From Candidatus Binatia bacterium (GTDB taxonomy: Bacteria; Desulfobacterota; Binatia; UBA9968): a stretch of DNA of 64,000 nt. The stretch is from positions 25,548-89,547 of the forward strand of contig JBHHYU010000001.1 in the NCBI GenBank assembly GCA_046757725.1, written 5' to 3'. Below are positions 1 to 10,761 of this stretch, one piece after another. Made by a program: the position numbers and the translations under genes. The notes beneath the pieces are model-generated. The model ran no database searches, was not told where the DNA came from, and was given only the letters and a program-made list of their open reading frames with translations. Each line of letters begins with the position of its first letter. Position 1 is the stretch's first letter.

Positions 1-20
1 CTCTGTTAGGACGATTTGCA

Positions 21-827
21 ATGCAAGCCATATACAAAGCCCTCACCATTGCCGGTTCGGACTCGGGTGCTGGGGCCGGCATTCAGGCGGATCTCAAGAC
101 CTTTGCTGCCTTTGGGGTCTATGGAACATCTGTCGTCACGGCCGTCACGGCCCAGAACACCGAGAGGGTAACTCAAATTCTGGAGTTGAATCCGAGTCTG
201 GTTGCGGCCCAGTTCGATGCCGTGATCCAGGACATAGGAGCCCATGCTCTCAAGACCGGTATGCTTGCCAATTCGGCCATTATCGAGCTCGTTGCAGAAA
301 AGATCCATGAGCACCGTTTGCCAAATCTCGTCGTGGATCCGGTCATGGTAGCTAAAGGAGGGGATGTTCTTCTGCGGAAAGACGCCATCGAGACCCTACG
401 TCTTCGGCTCATACCGCTGGCCACGATTGTAACTCCTAATCTTCCCGAGGCTGAACAATTGACAGGCATTCGGGGGAACCGGCTCAAGGATGTAAAGGAA
501 GCAGCGCGGCGGATCATGGCCATGGGGGCGAGAAGCGTTGTTATTAAGGGGGGTCACCGAAGAGGCGCGGCTAGGGATCTATTTTACGACGGAAAACAAT
601 TCCGTGAGCTCACTGCCCCTCGGATTCGCACAGCAAACACCCATGGCACAGGATGCACGTTTTCCGCGGCTATTGCAGCGAACCTAGCTAGGGGCGAGAG
701 GTTGCAAAAGGCAGTTGCCCATGCGAAACGGTATATTACGCAGGCAATCCGTAAGGGCTTCACCGTTGGTTCCGGTCACAGTCCCGTGCATCACTTTTAC
801 TGTTATTGGGAAAAGGGTCGACCCTAA
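21..827 (+). CDS. thiD: Hydroxymethylpyrimidine/phosphomethylpyrimidine kinase
   Basis: 268-aa ORF. N-terminal ALTIAGSDSGAGAGIQADLKTF and C-terminal THGTGCTFSAAIAA are the ribokinase-fold HMP(-P) kinase signatures. Confidence 0.9.
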   Translation: MQAIYKALTIAGSDSGAGAGIQADLKTFAAFGVYGTSVVTAVTAQNTERVTQILELNPSLVAAQFDAVIQDIGAHALKTGMLANSAIIELVAEKIHEHRLPNLVVDPVMVAKGGDVLLRKDAIETLRLRLIPLATIVTPNLPEAEQLTGIRGNRLKDVKEAARRIMAMGARSVVIKGGHRRGAARDLFYDGKQFRELTAPRIRTANTHGTGCTFSAAIAANLARGERLQKAVAHAKRYITQAIRKGFTVGSGHSPVHHFYCYWEKGRP

Positions 828-1001
828 TGGGAAGAGGTTGCCCTTGGCATGACTAACCGAAGCAGGGCCTATCACGGTGATCACCGTGGGGTGCGTTTGC
901 TGCGGGTGGTGCCGGCACCGCTGACCTGTCTGCCGACTTGGGCTGCATTGAGTTGGTCCCGTGTAATCCGTTTGGAATGGGTATTGGATCTCAAGCCAAT
1001 C

Positions 1002-1964
1002 CTAGAGGTCGAGAGCTGCAGGAAAAAACAGGCTCTCTATGTTCGGTCGCTTGTCCAAAATCCCCTGTTGGACCTGATATTCTATAAGCGTTGCCAGAGA
1101 TCTGCGCGCGCAACCTTTTCTTAGGCTGTAAGAAAAATCTTCGCCCATCACCGTCCTCTCCCACTTTGCCTCGGCTCTATCCTCATCTTTGCGGTATCGG
1201 TTGGCCGATGACTCTGCCTGACGGAAAGCTGTGAGCAAGCTTTCCACTACCCAGGGATTGGCTTCTGCGATCTCCTCGCGGAGGACCACGACATGGTTGA
1301 TGGGAAAGGCTCCAGTACGGCGAAAAAATTCTTGCTCGGCTTGACGGAAATTGGGAATAAGATGGCGCAGTCTGCGGTTCGCGAAAAGCCCCTGGTATGG
1401 CTCGAAGGCTGCATCCAGTCTCCCATCCTCCACCAGTTCTATAGCATGTGCACGAGTTAAGGGGGGAGGAATCAATCGAATAGAAAACCGGGGGGGAGGG
1501 GGATGCAAAGACTCCTCTGAGATGTCCGGCTCTGCCACGAACCACTCCACTGTCTCAAGGTTTACCCCATAATGATTTTGTAAAATGCCCTTCAGCCACA
1601 CCGGCGTCGTTGCATTATAGCGATGTACGGTTACTCTCTTTCCACCTAGTTCGGAAGGATGCCGGAGGGGCGAGCCCGCAGAACAATAGAAACAGCGATG
1701 GCGGAACCGGCGCGAGAGAAAGACCGGTAGTCCCCGAAGCGGTACTCCTCGTAAGCGTGCCAGGATAAAAGACGATAACGAGAGTTCACCCCCGTCGATC
1801 TTCTCGTCAATAATCCAACGGTGCCTTGCGCCGATGTTATCAAATCCCTCACTGAAGTGGGTTCGAACGTGAAGTTTTACCCCCTTCGGTTGCACCGATC
1901 TGTCAATAAGGGCTTGAGTATTCGGTGCTCGACCAAGTCCTAAAACAAGGGGTAGCTTCGTCAT
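1002..1964 (-). CDS. NMT1/THI5-fold protein of the family usually annotated 4,5-dihydroxyphthalate decarboxylase (PhtD-like); function uncertain
   Basis: 320-aa ORF with no signal peptide. General resemblance (recalled, not searched) to cytoplasmic periplasmic-binding-fold PhtD-like proteins. Confidence 0.5.
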   Translation of the reverse strand: MTKLPLVLGLGRAPNTQALIDRSVQPKGVKLHVRTHFSEGFDNIGARHRWIIDEKIDGGELSLSSFILARLRGVPLRGLPVFLSRRFRHRCFYCSAGSPLRHPSELGGKRVTVHRYNATTPVWLKGILQNHYGVNLETVEWFVAEPDISEESLHPPPPRFSIRLIPPPLTRAHAIELVEDGRLDAAFEPYQGLFANRRLRHLIPNFRQAEQEFFRRTGAFPINHVVVLREEIAEANPWVVESLLTAFRQAESSANRYRKDEDRAEAKWERTVMGEDFSYSLRKGCARRSLATLIEYQVQQGILDKRPNIESLFFPAALDL

Positions 1965-1968
1965 ATCT

Positions 1969-2733
1969 CTAGGAGGTCAGTAACCTGCCGTATTCCATTT
2001 CAGAGACCATTGCTTGTGCGGCCCTAAGGGGGTCCTTGGCCTCCAAGATTGAGCGCCCGACGACTATATAATCGACCCCTGCCCGTATTGCCTCCCTTGG
2101 GGTCATCACGCGCTTCTGATCGTCGCGCTTTTTCTTCGAGGGCCGGATTCCAGGCGAAACAATGATAAAACGATGACCGCAGGAAGCGCGAATACCAGCG
2201 ACCTCATGGGGAGCAGCTACAACCCCATCCATGCCTGCTTCCCGGCTTAGAGTAGCCAGACGGGCAACCTGATCGGCCACCTCTCGATCGACACCCACTT
2301 TTTCAAGGTCGCTTTTGTTAAGACTGGTCAAAACAGTGACCGCCAACATGATGGGCCGCCTCAGTGCCTCTTGGCGACAGACTCGGCGTACCTCTCTAAC
2401 AGTCAGTCGCATCATCTCCAGACTACCGGAGGCATGTACATTGAACATCTTTACTCCCAGACGTGTTGCCTCAATAGCAGCTTTTGCTACCGTCGTTGGT
2501 ATATCGTGAAATTTGAGGTCTAAAAACACCTCACCTCCCATGTCTTGGATCAGGCGCACAGCAGATGGACCGGCGCATGTAAAGAGCTGCTTCCCAACCT
2601 TGAACATGCCAACCTTTCCTGCCAGGCGTGAAACCAGACTTTTCATTCTCTCGAGATCATCCAGGTCAAGAGCAAGGATCAACCTCTCTCGCATGGAAGA
2701 GGGGGACCGAACCAACTGGAGATTCGACGCCAT
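1969..2733 (-). CDS. pyrF: Orotidine 5'-phosphate decarboxylase
   Basis: 254-aa ORF with LILALDLDD, FKVGKQLF and FLDLKFHDIP motifs typical of OMP decarboxylase. The start could instead be the internal Met of MRERLIL. Confidence 0.9.
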   Translation of the reverse strand: MASNLQLVRSPSSMRERLILALDLDDLERMKSLVSRLAGKVGMFKVGKQLFTCAGPSAVRLIQDMGGEVFLDLKFHDIPTTVAKAAIEATRLGVKMFNVHASGSLEMMRLTVREVRRVCRQEALRRPIMLAVTVLTSLNKSDLEKVGVDREVADQVARLATLSREAGMDGVVAAPHEVAGIRASCGHRFIIVSPGIRPSKKKRDDQKRVMTPREAIRAGVDYIVVGRSILEAKDPLRAAQAMVSEMEYGRLLTS

Positions 2734-2735
2734 TT

Positions 2736-4463
2736 TTAGAGACTCATTGCGTCTGTAACCAACGCTTGTATCTTCTGCCGCGCCTCACCCACTGAAAACT
2801 CTTCAACACTGCCGCCACGCCGCCAACGCACTTCCACGCAGTCCCTTTTCAGTCCCTTGGCACCAATGGTAACCCGTAACGGAACCCCGATGAGATCCGC
2901 ATCCTTAAACTTGACACCGGGCCGTTCATCCCGATCATCCAAGAGGACCTCAATCCCGTGCCTTAAGAGATCCCCGTAGAGTACATCGGTTACGGCTCCA
3001 ATTTGTTCATCTTTGTAGTTGATCGGTAAGATCAGAACATGAAAAGGGGCCAATAAAAAAGGCCAGATAATTCCACTGTCATCGTGGTTTTGCTCAACAG
3101 CGGCGGCGAGCAAACGAGTGATACCGATTCCATAGCAACCCATTTCAATTGGCCGCTCCCGGCCTTCGGCATCGAGGTAGGTCGCACCCATGGATTCACT
3201 GTATTTCTTTCCTAGATAGAAGACCTGCCCAACCTCAATTCCACGATGGTACTCTAGGGCCCCGGTATCACACCGAGGACAGGGGTCTCCTGCCAATGCC
3301 GTTCGAAGATCGGCAAAATTGGAAGGTGTAAAATCCCGCTCCTGATCCACCTCTATCAAATGGGCATTGACTTCGTTGGCACCTGTCACCGCCCTGCGTA
3401 TTCCCTGTATAGCCTGGTCTGCAACGATACGGAGATTGAGCCCCATAGGTCCCAGAAAACCAGGCGGAATATTGGTGGCTTCCTCGAGCTCCGCGTCGTT
3501 CGCCAGGGCTACCTCCTGACAGTTTAAGACCGACCTCAGCTTTGATTCATTGACCTCATGATCCCCACGGACCAAAACAGCCACTAACTCTGTTTGGTCA
3601 ACCTTGTAGACTAGCGTCTTGACGAACCTCGCCGGAGGCAGGGAAAGAAAATTAGCCACCTCAGCCACGCTTTTCTTCCCTGGGGTGGCGACTTTTTTTG
3701 AGGGTGGGGAGGGTTCTTTGAGGTCGCGCGCTGATGGCCGCTGCGTCTTGACCTCCGCCTTCTGGACGTTGGCCGTGTAGTCACAACGATTACAGCTTAC
3801 GAGAGCATCCTCTCCCGAATCGGCGAGCACCTGAAATTCATGGGAGAGGGAGCCCCCTATGGTACCTGTATCCGCCTCTACTGGACGAAACTTCAGACCA
3901 CAGCGGGTAAAGATTTTTTTGTAGGCTTGAAACATGTTTTCATATTCTCGCCGGCAGTCTTCTTGAGTGGCGTGGAAGCTGTACGCATCCTTCATGATGA
4001 ACTCTCGACCCCGCATCAAGCCAAACCGGGGACGCACTTCATCGCGGAACTTGGTTTGGATCTGGTACAGGTTCAACGGAAGCTCGCGATAGGACCGAAC
4101 CACATGCCGGACTAAGTCTGTAATCACTTCCTCATGCGTAGGACCAAGGCAGAAATCTCTCTCGTGACGGTCCTTGAAGCGTAAAAGTTCCTTCCCGTAG
4201 ACTTCCCAACGGCCACTTTCCTGCCACAGCTCGGCGGGGGAAACAATGGGTAGTAAAAGCTCCTGTGCCCCGGCCCGATTCATTTCCTCTCTCACCGTGG
4301 TCTCTATCTTGCGGATAATCCTGACTGCTAAGGGGAGGAAATCGTAAATGCCTCGACTCACTTGGCGGATAATCCCCGCGCGGACCAGGAGTTTGTGACT
4401 GACTACCTCTGCGTCAGCAGGGTCCTCTTTTAGCGTCGGTATGAACGTTGTGCTCCAGCGCAT
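2736..4463 (-). CDS. proS: Proline--tRNA ligase (bacterial type with editing insertion)
   Basis: 575-aa ORF. N-terminus MRWSTTFIPTLKEDPADAEVVSHKLLVRAGIIRQ and class II aaRS motifs (FRDE..RPRFGLMRGREF). Confidence 0.95.
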   Translation of the reverse strand: MRWSTTFIPTLKEDPADAEVVSHKLLVRAGIIRQVSRGIYDFLPLAVRIIRKIETTVREEMNRAGAQELLLPIVSPAELWQESGRWEVYGKELLRFKDRHERDFCLGPTHEEVITDLVRHVVRSYRELPLNLYQIQTKFRDEVRPRFGLMRGREFIMKDAYSFHATQEDCRREYENMFQAYKKIFTRCGLKFRPVEADTGTIGGSLSHEFQVLADSGEDALVSCNRCDYTANVQKAEVKTQRPSARDLKEPSPPSKKVATPGKKSVAEVANFLSLPPARFVKTLVYKVDQTELVAVLVRGDHEVNESKLRSVLNCQEVALANDAELEEATNIPPGFLGPMGLNLRIVADQAIQGIRRAVTGANEVNAHLIEVDQERDFTPSNFADLRTALAGDPCPRCDTGALEYHRGIEVGQVFYLGKKYSESMGATYLDAEGRERPIEMGCYGIGITRLLAAAVEQNHDDSGIIWPFLLAPFHVLILPINYKDEQIGAVTDVLYGDLLRHGIEVLLDDRDERPGVKFKDADLIGVPLRVTIGAKGLKRDCVEVRWRRGGSVEEFSVGEARQKIQALVTDAMSL

Positions 4464-4511
4464 GGTCTTCTCTTTCTTTGAGGCAGAGAACGCAATGGGT
4501 AAACAGCACCC

Positions 4512-5606
4512 CTAATCGTCCCGGGCAGCACCTTTTTCTGCCGCCTTCTCCACCACGAGCTTTTCCACCTCCTCCATGAGGGTGCTTACGATCTGTGCCT
4601 CAGGAACCTTACGGATCACTTCCCCCTTTTTAAAGATGAGGCCGATACCCTTGCCTCCCGCGACACCGATGTCAGCAGCACGTGCCTCACCCGGACCGTT
4701 TACTTCACAACCCATGACAGCCACATGGATATCCTGTTTGCTGAATGGAATCATACGTTGTTCCACTTCCTTGGCTAAACTGACCAGGTCGATATCCGCG
4801 CGGCCGCAGGAAGGGCAAGCAACGAACGTTAGCCCTCCCCCGCGCAATTTAAGGGATTTCAATATCTCAATTCCTACCCGCACCTCTTCCACTGGATCAG
4901 CCGAGAGCGAAACGCGGATGGTATCTCCGATCCCCTCCGCCAAAAGCGTGCCGATACCCACTGATGACTTAATAGTTCCCACAGAGGGGGTCCCCGCCTC
5001 AGTGACCCCTAAGTGCAATGGATAGTCTACTTTCTGGGCCAGGAGGCGGTAGGCCTCGATCATCATGAGAGGATCTGAGGATTTAAGGGAGACCTTGATC
5101 TGATTATAGCCGAGATCTTCCAATATATGGATATGGCGCAGCGCGCTCTGGACCATTCCGCCTGCGGTGGGACCACCAAACTGCTTCAAAAGATCTTTTT
5201 CCAAGGAACCTGCATTCACCCCGATCCGGATCGGGATCTTGCGTTCTGAGGCGGCTTTGATCACCTCCTGAATGTATCGACGAGCACCTATGTTACCTGG
5301 ATTGAGGCGCAGTCCGTCGACTCCCTGCTCCAAGGCCATGAGGGCTAGCTTGTAATTAAAATGGATATCGGCAATGAGCGGTACTCTGATCTGTTTTCTG
5401 ATCTCTCTGAGTCGCTCGGCCGCCTCCCGCACGGGGACCGCTACTCGTACAATGTCACACCCAGCCACCTCTAGGGCCCATATCTGGTCCACCGTCGCGT
5501 TCACATCGCGGGTATCCGTTTTGGTCATGGATTGAACCGCAATCGGGGCATTGCCCCCCACTTTGAGGCTGCCGATCTGGATCTGTCTCGTGTTACGTCG
5601 CTTCAT
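4512..5606 (-). CDS. ispG: 4-hydroxy-3-methylbut-2-en-1-yl diphosphate synthase
   Basis: 364-aa ORF. RRNTRQIQIGSLKVGGNAPIAVQSMT N-terminus and C-terminal CPSCGR..GCEVNGPGE cluster motifs of GcpE/IspG. Confidence 0.95.
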   Translation of the reverse strand: MKRRNTRQIQIGSLKVGGNAPIAVQSMTKTDTRDVNATVDQIWALEVAGCDIVRVAVPVREAAERLREIRKQIRVPLIADIHFNYKLALMALEQGVDGLRLNPGNIGARRYIQEVIKAASERKIPIRIGVNAGSLEKDLLKQFGGPTAGGMVQSALRHIHILEDLGYNQIKVSLKSSDPLMMIEAYRLLAQKVDYPLHLGVTEAGTPSVGTIKSSVGIGTLLAEGIGDTIRVSLSADPVEEVRVGIEILKSLKLRGGGLTFVACPSCGRADIDLVSLAKEVEQRMIPFSKQDIHVAVMGCEVNGPGEARAADIGVAGGKGIGLIFKKGEVIRKVPEAQIVSTLMEEVEKLVVEKAAEKGAARDD

Positions 5607-5789
5607 GGTTAGCTTTCTAACTCTAATAGAGTACTGGAAAGGTTGTCAATAAACAGTTTACTCTTCCGCAAAAGGTGTGAACATCCGGAGGGTCAACATA
5701 TTGATTCTGCAGGGATTTACGCCGGTTTACAAGGGCCCTTCACGCGTGTTTTTTAACTGCTGGCCAGCCACACGGGTCATGGATCCTTA

Positions 5790-8700
5790 CTAGAGCACCG
5801 GATGCGTCGATTCTGGGTTGCTAGAGGTAGAGGCGAACTCTTTGCGGGTAGGGATTCCGAGGAGGCGTTTAAATGCTGTACCCATGTCATCCACCATAGC
5901 GTACAGACATGGGATGAAGACCAAGGTGAGGCAGGTGGCAAACGAGAGACCCCAAACCACGGAGATTGCCATGGGGGAGAGAAACTTCGCTTGTCCAGTG
6001 GCGAAGAACGCCAAAGGAACAAGGCCACCGACGGTCGTGACCGTCGTAAGTAAAACCGGCCGAAGTCGCGCCACCCCGGAAGCCAAGAGCGCTTCATCTC
6101 GAGGTACCCCTTGATCCCGGGCTCGGTTAATGAAATCTACCAGAATCAAAGAGTCATTGACGACTATCCCGGCAAGCGCGATGAGTCCCATGACGGAGAG
6201 GAAGCTCAACGGTTCCCCCATGATTAAGTGTCCAATAACCACGCCAACCATACCGAAGGGGATAGCTGTCATGACGATGAGGGGCTGAATAAACGATTTA
6301 AAGAGTGAGCCCAAGACAAAATAGATGAGTAGAAACGCGATCAGGGAGATCTGCGGTAACGCAGTTACAGCCTCCTGGAACTCTTGCCGTTCTCCCTTGA
6401 GAATGACCCGATATCCGGGGAATTGGCGATCCACATCAGCAAACTTTCGCTTTAGCCGTTCAGTGATTTGGAAAACATTTGCCCGTTGGGTCTCCACATC
6501 AGCTAAAACAGTAATAGCTCGTTTCTGGTCATATCGCCGGATCTTACTTGCACCAACAGCGGTGTCCAGATGGGCAATGTCCTGGAGGAATACCCGTTGG
6601 CCGGTTGGCAGTGCCAGTTTCATATTGGCCACTGTGTCGAGCCTTTCGCGAACCGCTTGAGGAAATCGAATCACGATGGGAACATCCTCATCACGTCGTT
6701 GGATGGTTGAGGCCTCGACGCCCCGAAATCCCTGCTGGATTTGCCGGGCAATCTGTCCCAGATCCAATCCGAGGGCTCGAGCCTCCGGTCGCAAGGTAAT
6801 CTGAAACTCCTCTTTTCCTTCCGTGAAATCGTCCCGGACATCCTTCACACCGGGTATGGTATCCAGGAACCCCTTCACCTCGTTTGCTAGTTTGCGTAAA
6901 AGTTGAATCTGGTCACCAACGATGCGGGCTTCGATAGCGGGTCCGCCGGGACCGGCTTGCAGCCTTAGAAACTGGACCTTCGCCATCCCCGGGATACCGG
7001 CAATCCCGGCGCGGATTTCTGCAATCACATCGTTAACGCTACGCCGGCGGTCTTCCTTGAGTTCTACCATCAATTGTCCTAGATTCGGTCCGCTCTCGGC
7101 CCGGTGCACGTCCAGGAAAGTGACCCCGACATTGGTGGCGAGCGACTTGAGTTCTTCCGGAGGTAGGTTTTTAACGACCTGCTCAGCCTTTTTAGCCACC
7201 TCGAGCGTGTCTTCGAGCTTGGATGCCGGAGAGGTTTCAAAGTTTACGAAGAACTGAGAGGACTCGAATTGCCGAAACAAAACAAAGGGAATCCGATAAT
7301 AGGCGAAGGCTCCAAGCACTAGGGTCACGCAGAGAAGGGAGGTGACGAACAAATAGCGCCATCTCAGGACCAATGTGAGCAGATTCCCATAGGTTTTACG
7401 CGCGCGTAACAACCAGGGTGACTCCCGAAGACGAACTTGCTGGGCGTAGGCCGGTGTAATTAGATCCGTTAGGTGGGAGGGGAGCACCAAAAGCGCCTCT
7501 ACAAGTGATGCAAGCAGAGCAAAACTGACCACCAGCGGGATAGGTGCTAAAAAAACTCCCATGGTTCCTGGGAGCATCAAGAGGGGGACGAATGCGGCCA
7601 CGGTAGTGACCACCGTAGCCACCACGGGCCACGCTACCTCTGCTGCCCCTTGTATGGCTGCCCGAGTTGCATCTAGGCCCTCCTCCACGTAACGATAAAT
7701 GTTTTCTGTGACAATGACAGCGTCATCGACCAAAAGCCCTAGGACTAGGATAAGGCCGAAGACCGAGACCATGTTGAGACTAATCCCATACACCGACATA
7801 AGGACAAGGGCTCCAAGCACCGCGAATGGAATTCCTAAACCCGTGAGCAGGGCAATGCGGGTTCGCACGAAAAGCCAAAGGGTAATCAGGACAAGGATTA
7901 AACCAACGATTCCACTCAAGCGCAGCGTGTTCAGGCGGTTTCGTATAAAAACGGAAAAGTCGTTGTACACTCCGATGGTCACCGTCTCCGGCAACTCCGC
8001 CCGGACGTTTTCTATGAGTTTGCGGACACGTCTTGCGACATCAATAGAATCACCCTGACGTTCCTTAGATATCACCAGATTAATCGCCGGACGCCCGTCG
8101 AAGCGCCCCATGATGGTGGCATCCTTGAAGGTCTCCCGCACCGTTGCGATATCACCCACAGTCAAGGGATGCCCAACTTTTTTTGAGCGTACAATGATTC
8201 GCTCAACGTCACGGACTCCTTGGGCCTCGCCCAGAGTGCGCAAGAGGATCTCTCCGCGAGCCGTCTTCAGCGTTCCCCCGGGAACGTTTCGATTATGGCT
8301 GGCAATAACCGCTCTGAGATCATCCAGGCTCAGACCGTAACCCTCGAGCTTTTCCGCGTCCACCTCAACCCAGATCTGCTTCTCACGGATCCCTAACACG
8401 CGAACGGTTGCAACACCTCTGATGCGGCGCAGGTCGTCCCTAAGATCTTTGGCCATCTCTCTAAGGGTTGCTTCATCGATATTTCCTGCTAGAGACACCG
8501 TGATTACGGGAAACGAGGATTTTACTTCTTGAACCTGAGGTTCATCCGCCTCATCCGGCAGGTCTGTGACACGGTCGAGTGCGGCTCGGGCATCACTCAG
8601 GGCTCTACTCATGTCGGTGTCAGGCTGGAACTTAATCAGGATCTCCGAGCGGCCTTCTTGGGATATTGATTGGAGCTCTTCCACGTCGTCAATGTCCGTC

Positions 8701-8915
8701 ACTTCATCCTCGATCTTTGCCGTGATGAGCTTTTCCACCTCTTCGGGGGACGCCGCGAAGTATTCTGTAGTAATTCGGATTGCCTGCCGCGAAAATTCCG
8801 GAAACATTTCCCGATGCATCCTGGAGTAGGTTATCAACCCGGCCCCTAGGATAAGAAGGGTAAGCAGATTTACCAAAACTCGGTTCCGAACGGAGAACTC
8901 GACTAATTTCCTCAC
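5790..8915 (-). CDS. RND efflux transporter permease subunit (AcrB superfamily)
   Basis: 1041-aa ORF. Twelve-TM/two-large-loop layout, with N-terminal FSVRNRVLVNLLTLLILGAG and a DDAVIVTENI motif. 4-nt overlap with the upstream MFP gene. Confidence 0.9.
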   Translation of the reverse strand: MRKLVEFSVRNRVLVNLLTLLILGAGLITYSRMHREMFPEFSRQAIRITTEYFAASPEEVEKLITAKIEDEVTDIDDVEELQSISQEGRSEILIKFQPDTDMSRALSDARAALDRVTDLPDEADEPQVQEVKSSFPVITVSLAGNIDEATLREMAKDLRDDLRRIRGVATVRVLGIREKQIWVEVDAEKLEGYGLSLDDLRAVIASHNRNVPGGTLKTARGEILLRTLGEAQGVRDVERIIVRSKKVGHPLTVGDIATVRETFKDATIMGRFDGRPAINLVISKERQGDSIDVARRVRKLIENVRAELPETVTIGVYNDFSVFIRNRLNTLRLSGIVGLILVLITLWLFVRTRIALLTGLGIPFAVLGALVLMSVYGISLNMVSVFGLILVLGLLVDDAVIVTENIYRYVEEGLDATRAAIQGAAEVAWPVVATVVTTVAAFVPLLMLPGTMGVFLAPIPLVVSFALLASLVEALLVLPSHLTDLITPAYAQQVRLRESPWLLRARKTYGNLLTLVLRWRYLFVTSLLCVTLVLGAFAYYRIPFVLFRQFESSQFFVNFETSPASKLEDTLEVAKKAEQVVKNLPPEELKSLATNVGVTFLDVHRAESGPNLGQLMVELKEDRRRSVNDVIAEIRAGIAGIPGMAKVQFLRLQAGPGGPAIEARIVGDQIQLLRKLANEVKGFLDTIPGVKDVRDDFTEGKEEFQITLRPEARALGLDLGQIARQIQQGFRGVEASTIQRRDEDVPIVIRFPQAVRERLDTVANMKLALPTGQRVFLQDIAHLDTAVGASKIRRYDQKRAITVLADVETQRANVFQITERLKRKFADVDRQFPGYRVILKGERQEFQEAVTALPQISLIAFLLIYFVLGSLFKSFIQPLIVMTAIPFGMVGVVIGHLIMGEPLSFLSVMGLIALAGIVVNDSLILVDFINRARDQGVPRDEALLASGVARLRPVLLTTVTTVGGLVPLAFFATGQAKFLSPMAISVVWGLSFATCLTLVFIPCLYAMVDDMGTAFKRLLGIPTRKEFASTSSNPESTHPVL

Positions 8916-10162
8916 GTTTTGAGCTCCCGTTTTCCCACGACCTGGATGGCAGCTCCTTCCTGAAGCAACTGTTGGCCGGTTACCACTAGAAGATCGCCTG
9001 GCCTGAGTCCTTCTCGTATGAGATGTTGAGATCCAAAGGTTCGAGCAATCGTAACGGGCCGGCGGTGGGCGACTCTACGGTTTTCATCGGCAACGAACAC
9101 CGCGGGGGCACCGTTCCCCCTAACAATGCTCGAACGTGGGATCAGAATAGCCCTTGGGTAGGTGCGGACCGGTATAAACGCGCGGGCAAACATTCCTGGG
9201 AGGAGCTGCCTTGGAGCCTCGTTTTTTACGATAACCTCCACCGGAAAACTTCGGGTCTCGTCATCTGCACGAGGGCCAATGTATTCGACCTTGCCGAGGA
9301 AGGATTCCGACTGGTCTTTAAGCCTGACCTCGGCTATGATTCCGGGTCGGAGAAAGCTGATGTCATCCGGCGCGATCCGTACCAATAATCTCACTTTTGT
9401 GATGTCGGCTAGGTGGAAAAGAACAGAAGTCGGAGAAACCTGTTCACCGAGAGTTACCTTCTTTTCGGATATGATTCCCGAAAAAGGGGCTTGAACCCTG
9501 GTATCGGCCAAGGCCTTGCGGGCCCTTGCTAATTCCGCCTGTGCCGACGCCAACTCAGCTTCCGCCACTAAGCGCTGGACCTCGGCTTCCTGCAACCCGC
9601 TTTCGGCCCGCTCAAACTCCTCCTCACTTTGGCGAACGGCCAACTCCGCGCGCTCTACGTCTTGTTTGGCGATTAGCTTTTTCTCCAGTAAGCTGAGTAA
9701 TCGGTTATGTTCAGATTGGGATAATCGTAGCTTTTCTTTGCTGAGGCGAATGAGCGTTTTTTGTCGTACTATGTCAACTTCCTTGGCACGAACCTCTGCC
9801 AGACCACGGGCTACCAGTGCAGTCTGGTGATTTACCTCGATTCGAAAAGATGTTGGGTCAATCTTGGCCAGTAGCGCATTCTGTTTTACGTTTGCGCCCA
9901 GCTCTATTTTTGAGGGGATCATCGTTACCGGGCCCGAAACCTTAGCTCCTACCGACGCCTCCCGAATGGCATTTACGGTTCCCAGCGCCTCTAAACGGTA
10001 TATAAAACGATGTGGTTTGATACTGGCTACTTCCACCGGCACAGGGACTCGCTCCAGCTCAGCCTGGGTAGGTTTTTTGACTGCGCGGATCAGGTAAAAA
10101 CTTAATGCGGTCAAGCAAACCATAACCAGTATTGAAATCGTTGTGATTCTTTGGTGACTCAT
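8912..10162 (-). CDS. RND efflux periplasmic adaptor (membrane fusion protein, HlyD family)
   Basis: 416-aa ORF with an N-terminal TM anchor, a long coiled-coil segment (AEAELASAQAELARARKAL) and beta-barrel domains. Overlaps tetR and the RND gene by 4 nt each. Confidence 0.85.
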   Translation of the reverse strand: MSHQRITTISILVMVCLTALSFYLIRAVKKPTQAELERVPVPVEVASIKPHRFIYRLEALGTVNAIREASVGAKVSGPVTMIPSKIELGANVKQNALLAKIDPTSFRIEVNHQTALVARGLAEVRAKEVDIVRQKTLIRLSKEKLRLSQSEHNRLLSLLEKKLIAKQDVERAELAVRQSEEEFERAESGLQEAEVQRLVAEAELASAQAELARARKALADTRVQAPFSGIISEKKVTLGEQVSPTSVLFHLADITKVRLLVRIAPDDISFLRPGIIAEVRLKDQSESFLGKVEYIGPRADDETRSFPVEVIVKNEAPRQLLPGMFARAFIPVRTYPRAILIPRSSIVRGNGAPAVFVADENRRVAHRRPVTIARTFGSQHLIREGLRPGDLLVVTGQQLLQEGAAIQVVGKRELKT

Positions 10163-10761
10163 GAGCGTAAACTCCGTAATGTAGACTGGGTAAAATGCTC
10201 ACATATAGCATCTAGTTTGAACGCGTTCCGGTCGCAAAGCCACTGCAGAACTAACCCGTCCAGAGATGCTAAGATTGCAGAAGCCGCCAGCAAAGGATTA
10301 TCACAGCAGAACGATCCATCTTCCACTCCGGCAGCGATGATGGCAGCCATATCGTTGCGTGACGCTGCGTAAGCCTCACTCAAGCGTGTCTGTATTAGAG
10401 CGTGATGCTCTCCGCGACCTCCTTCCGCCCAGAAATCAAAAAATACCAAAAAAAACGGCTCCCATAGACGAAATGTTTGAAAAGCCACCGAGATGAGACG
10501 GTCCAGGAGGATGGCAGGCTTATCAATCCCTGCCAATTCTTGCATGTAAAAATTTTTCAGCTCAGAGATCATGTGATCATACAGCGCAAGAAAAAGGTCC
10601 GTCTTACTCCCGAAGTATTCGTAAATGGTGCCTTTCCCAATACCGGCCTCCGCTGCCACCGCGCCCATCTTTGCTCGATGGTAACCCTGACGGGCAAAGA
10701 CCTTCATAGCTGCCTCAAGGATCATTCTTCGTTTTTTATCTTTATCTACAATTATAGGCAC
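10159..10761 (-). CDS. TetR/AcrR family transcriptional regulator
   Basis: 200-aa ORF. N-terminal HTH ILEAAMKVFARQGYHRAKMGAVAAEAGIGKGTIYEYFGSK. First gene of the efflux operon. Confidence 0.85.
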   Translation of the reverse strand: MPIIVDKDKKRRMILEAAMKVFARQGYHRAKMGAVAAEAGIGKGTIYEYFGSKTDLFLALYDHMISELKNFYMQELAGIDKPAILLDRLISVAFQTFRLWEPFFLVFFDFWAEGGRGEHHALIQTRLSEAYAASRNDMAAIIAAGVEDGSFCCDNPLLAASAILASLDGLVLQWLCDRNAFKLDAICEHFTQSTLRSLRS

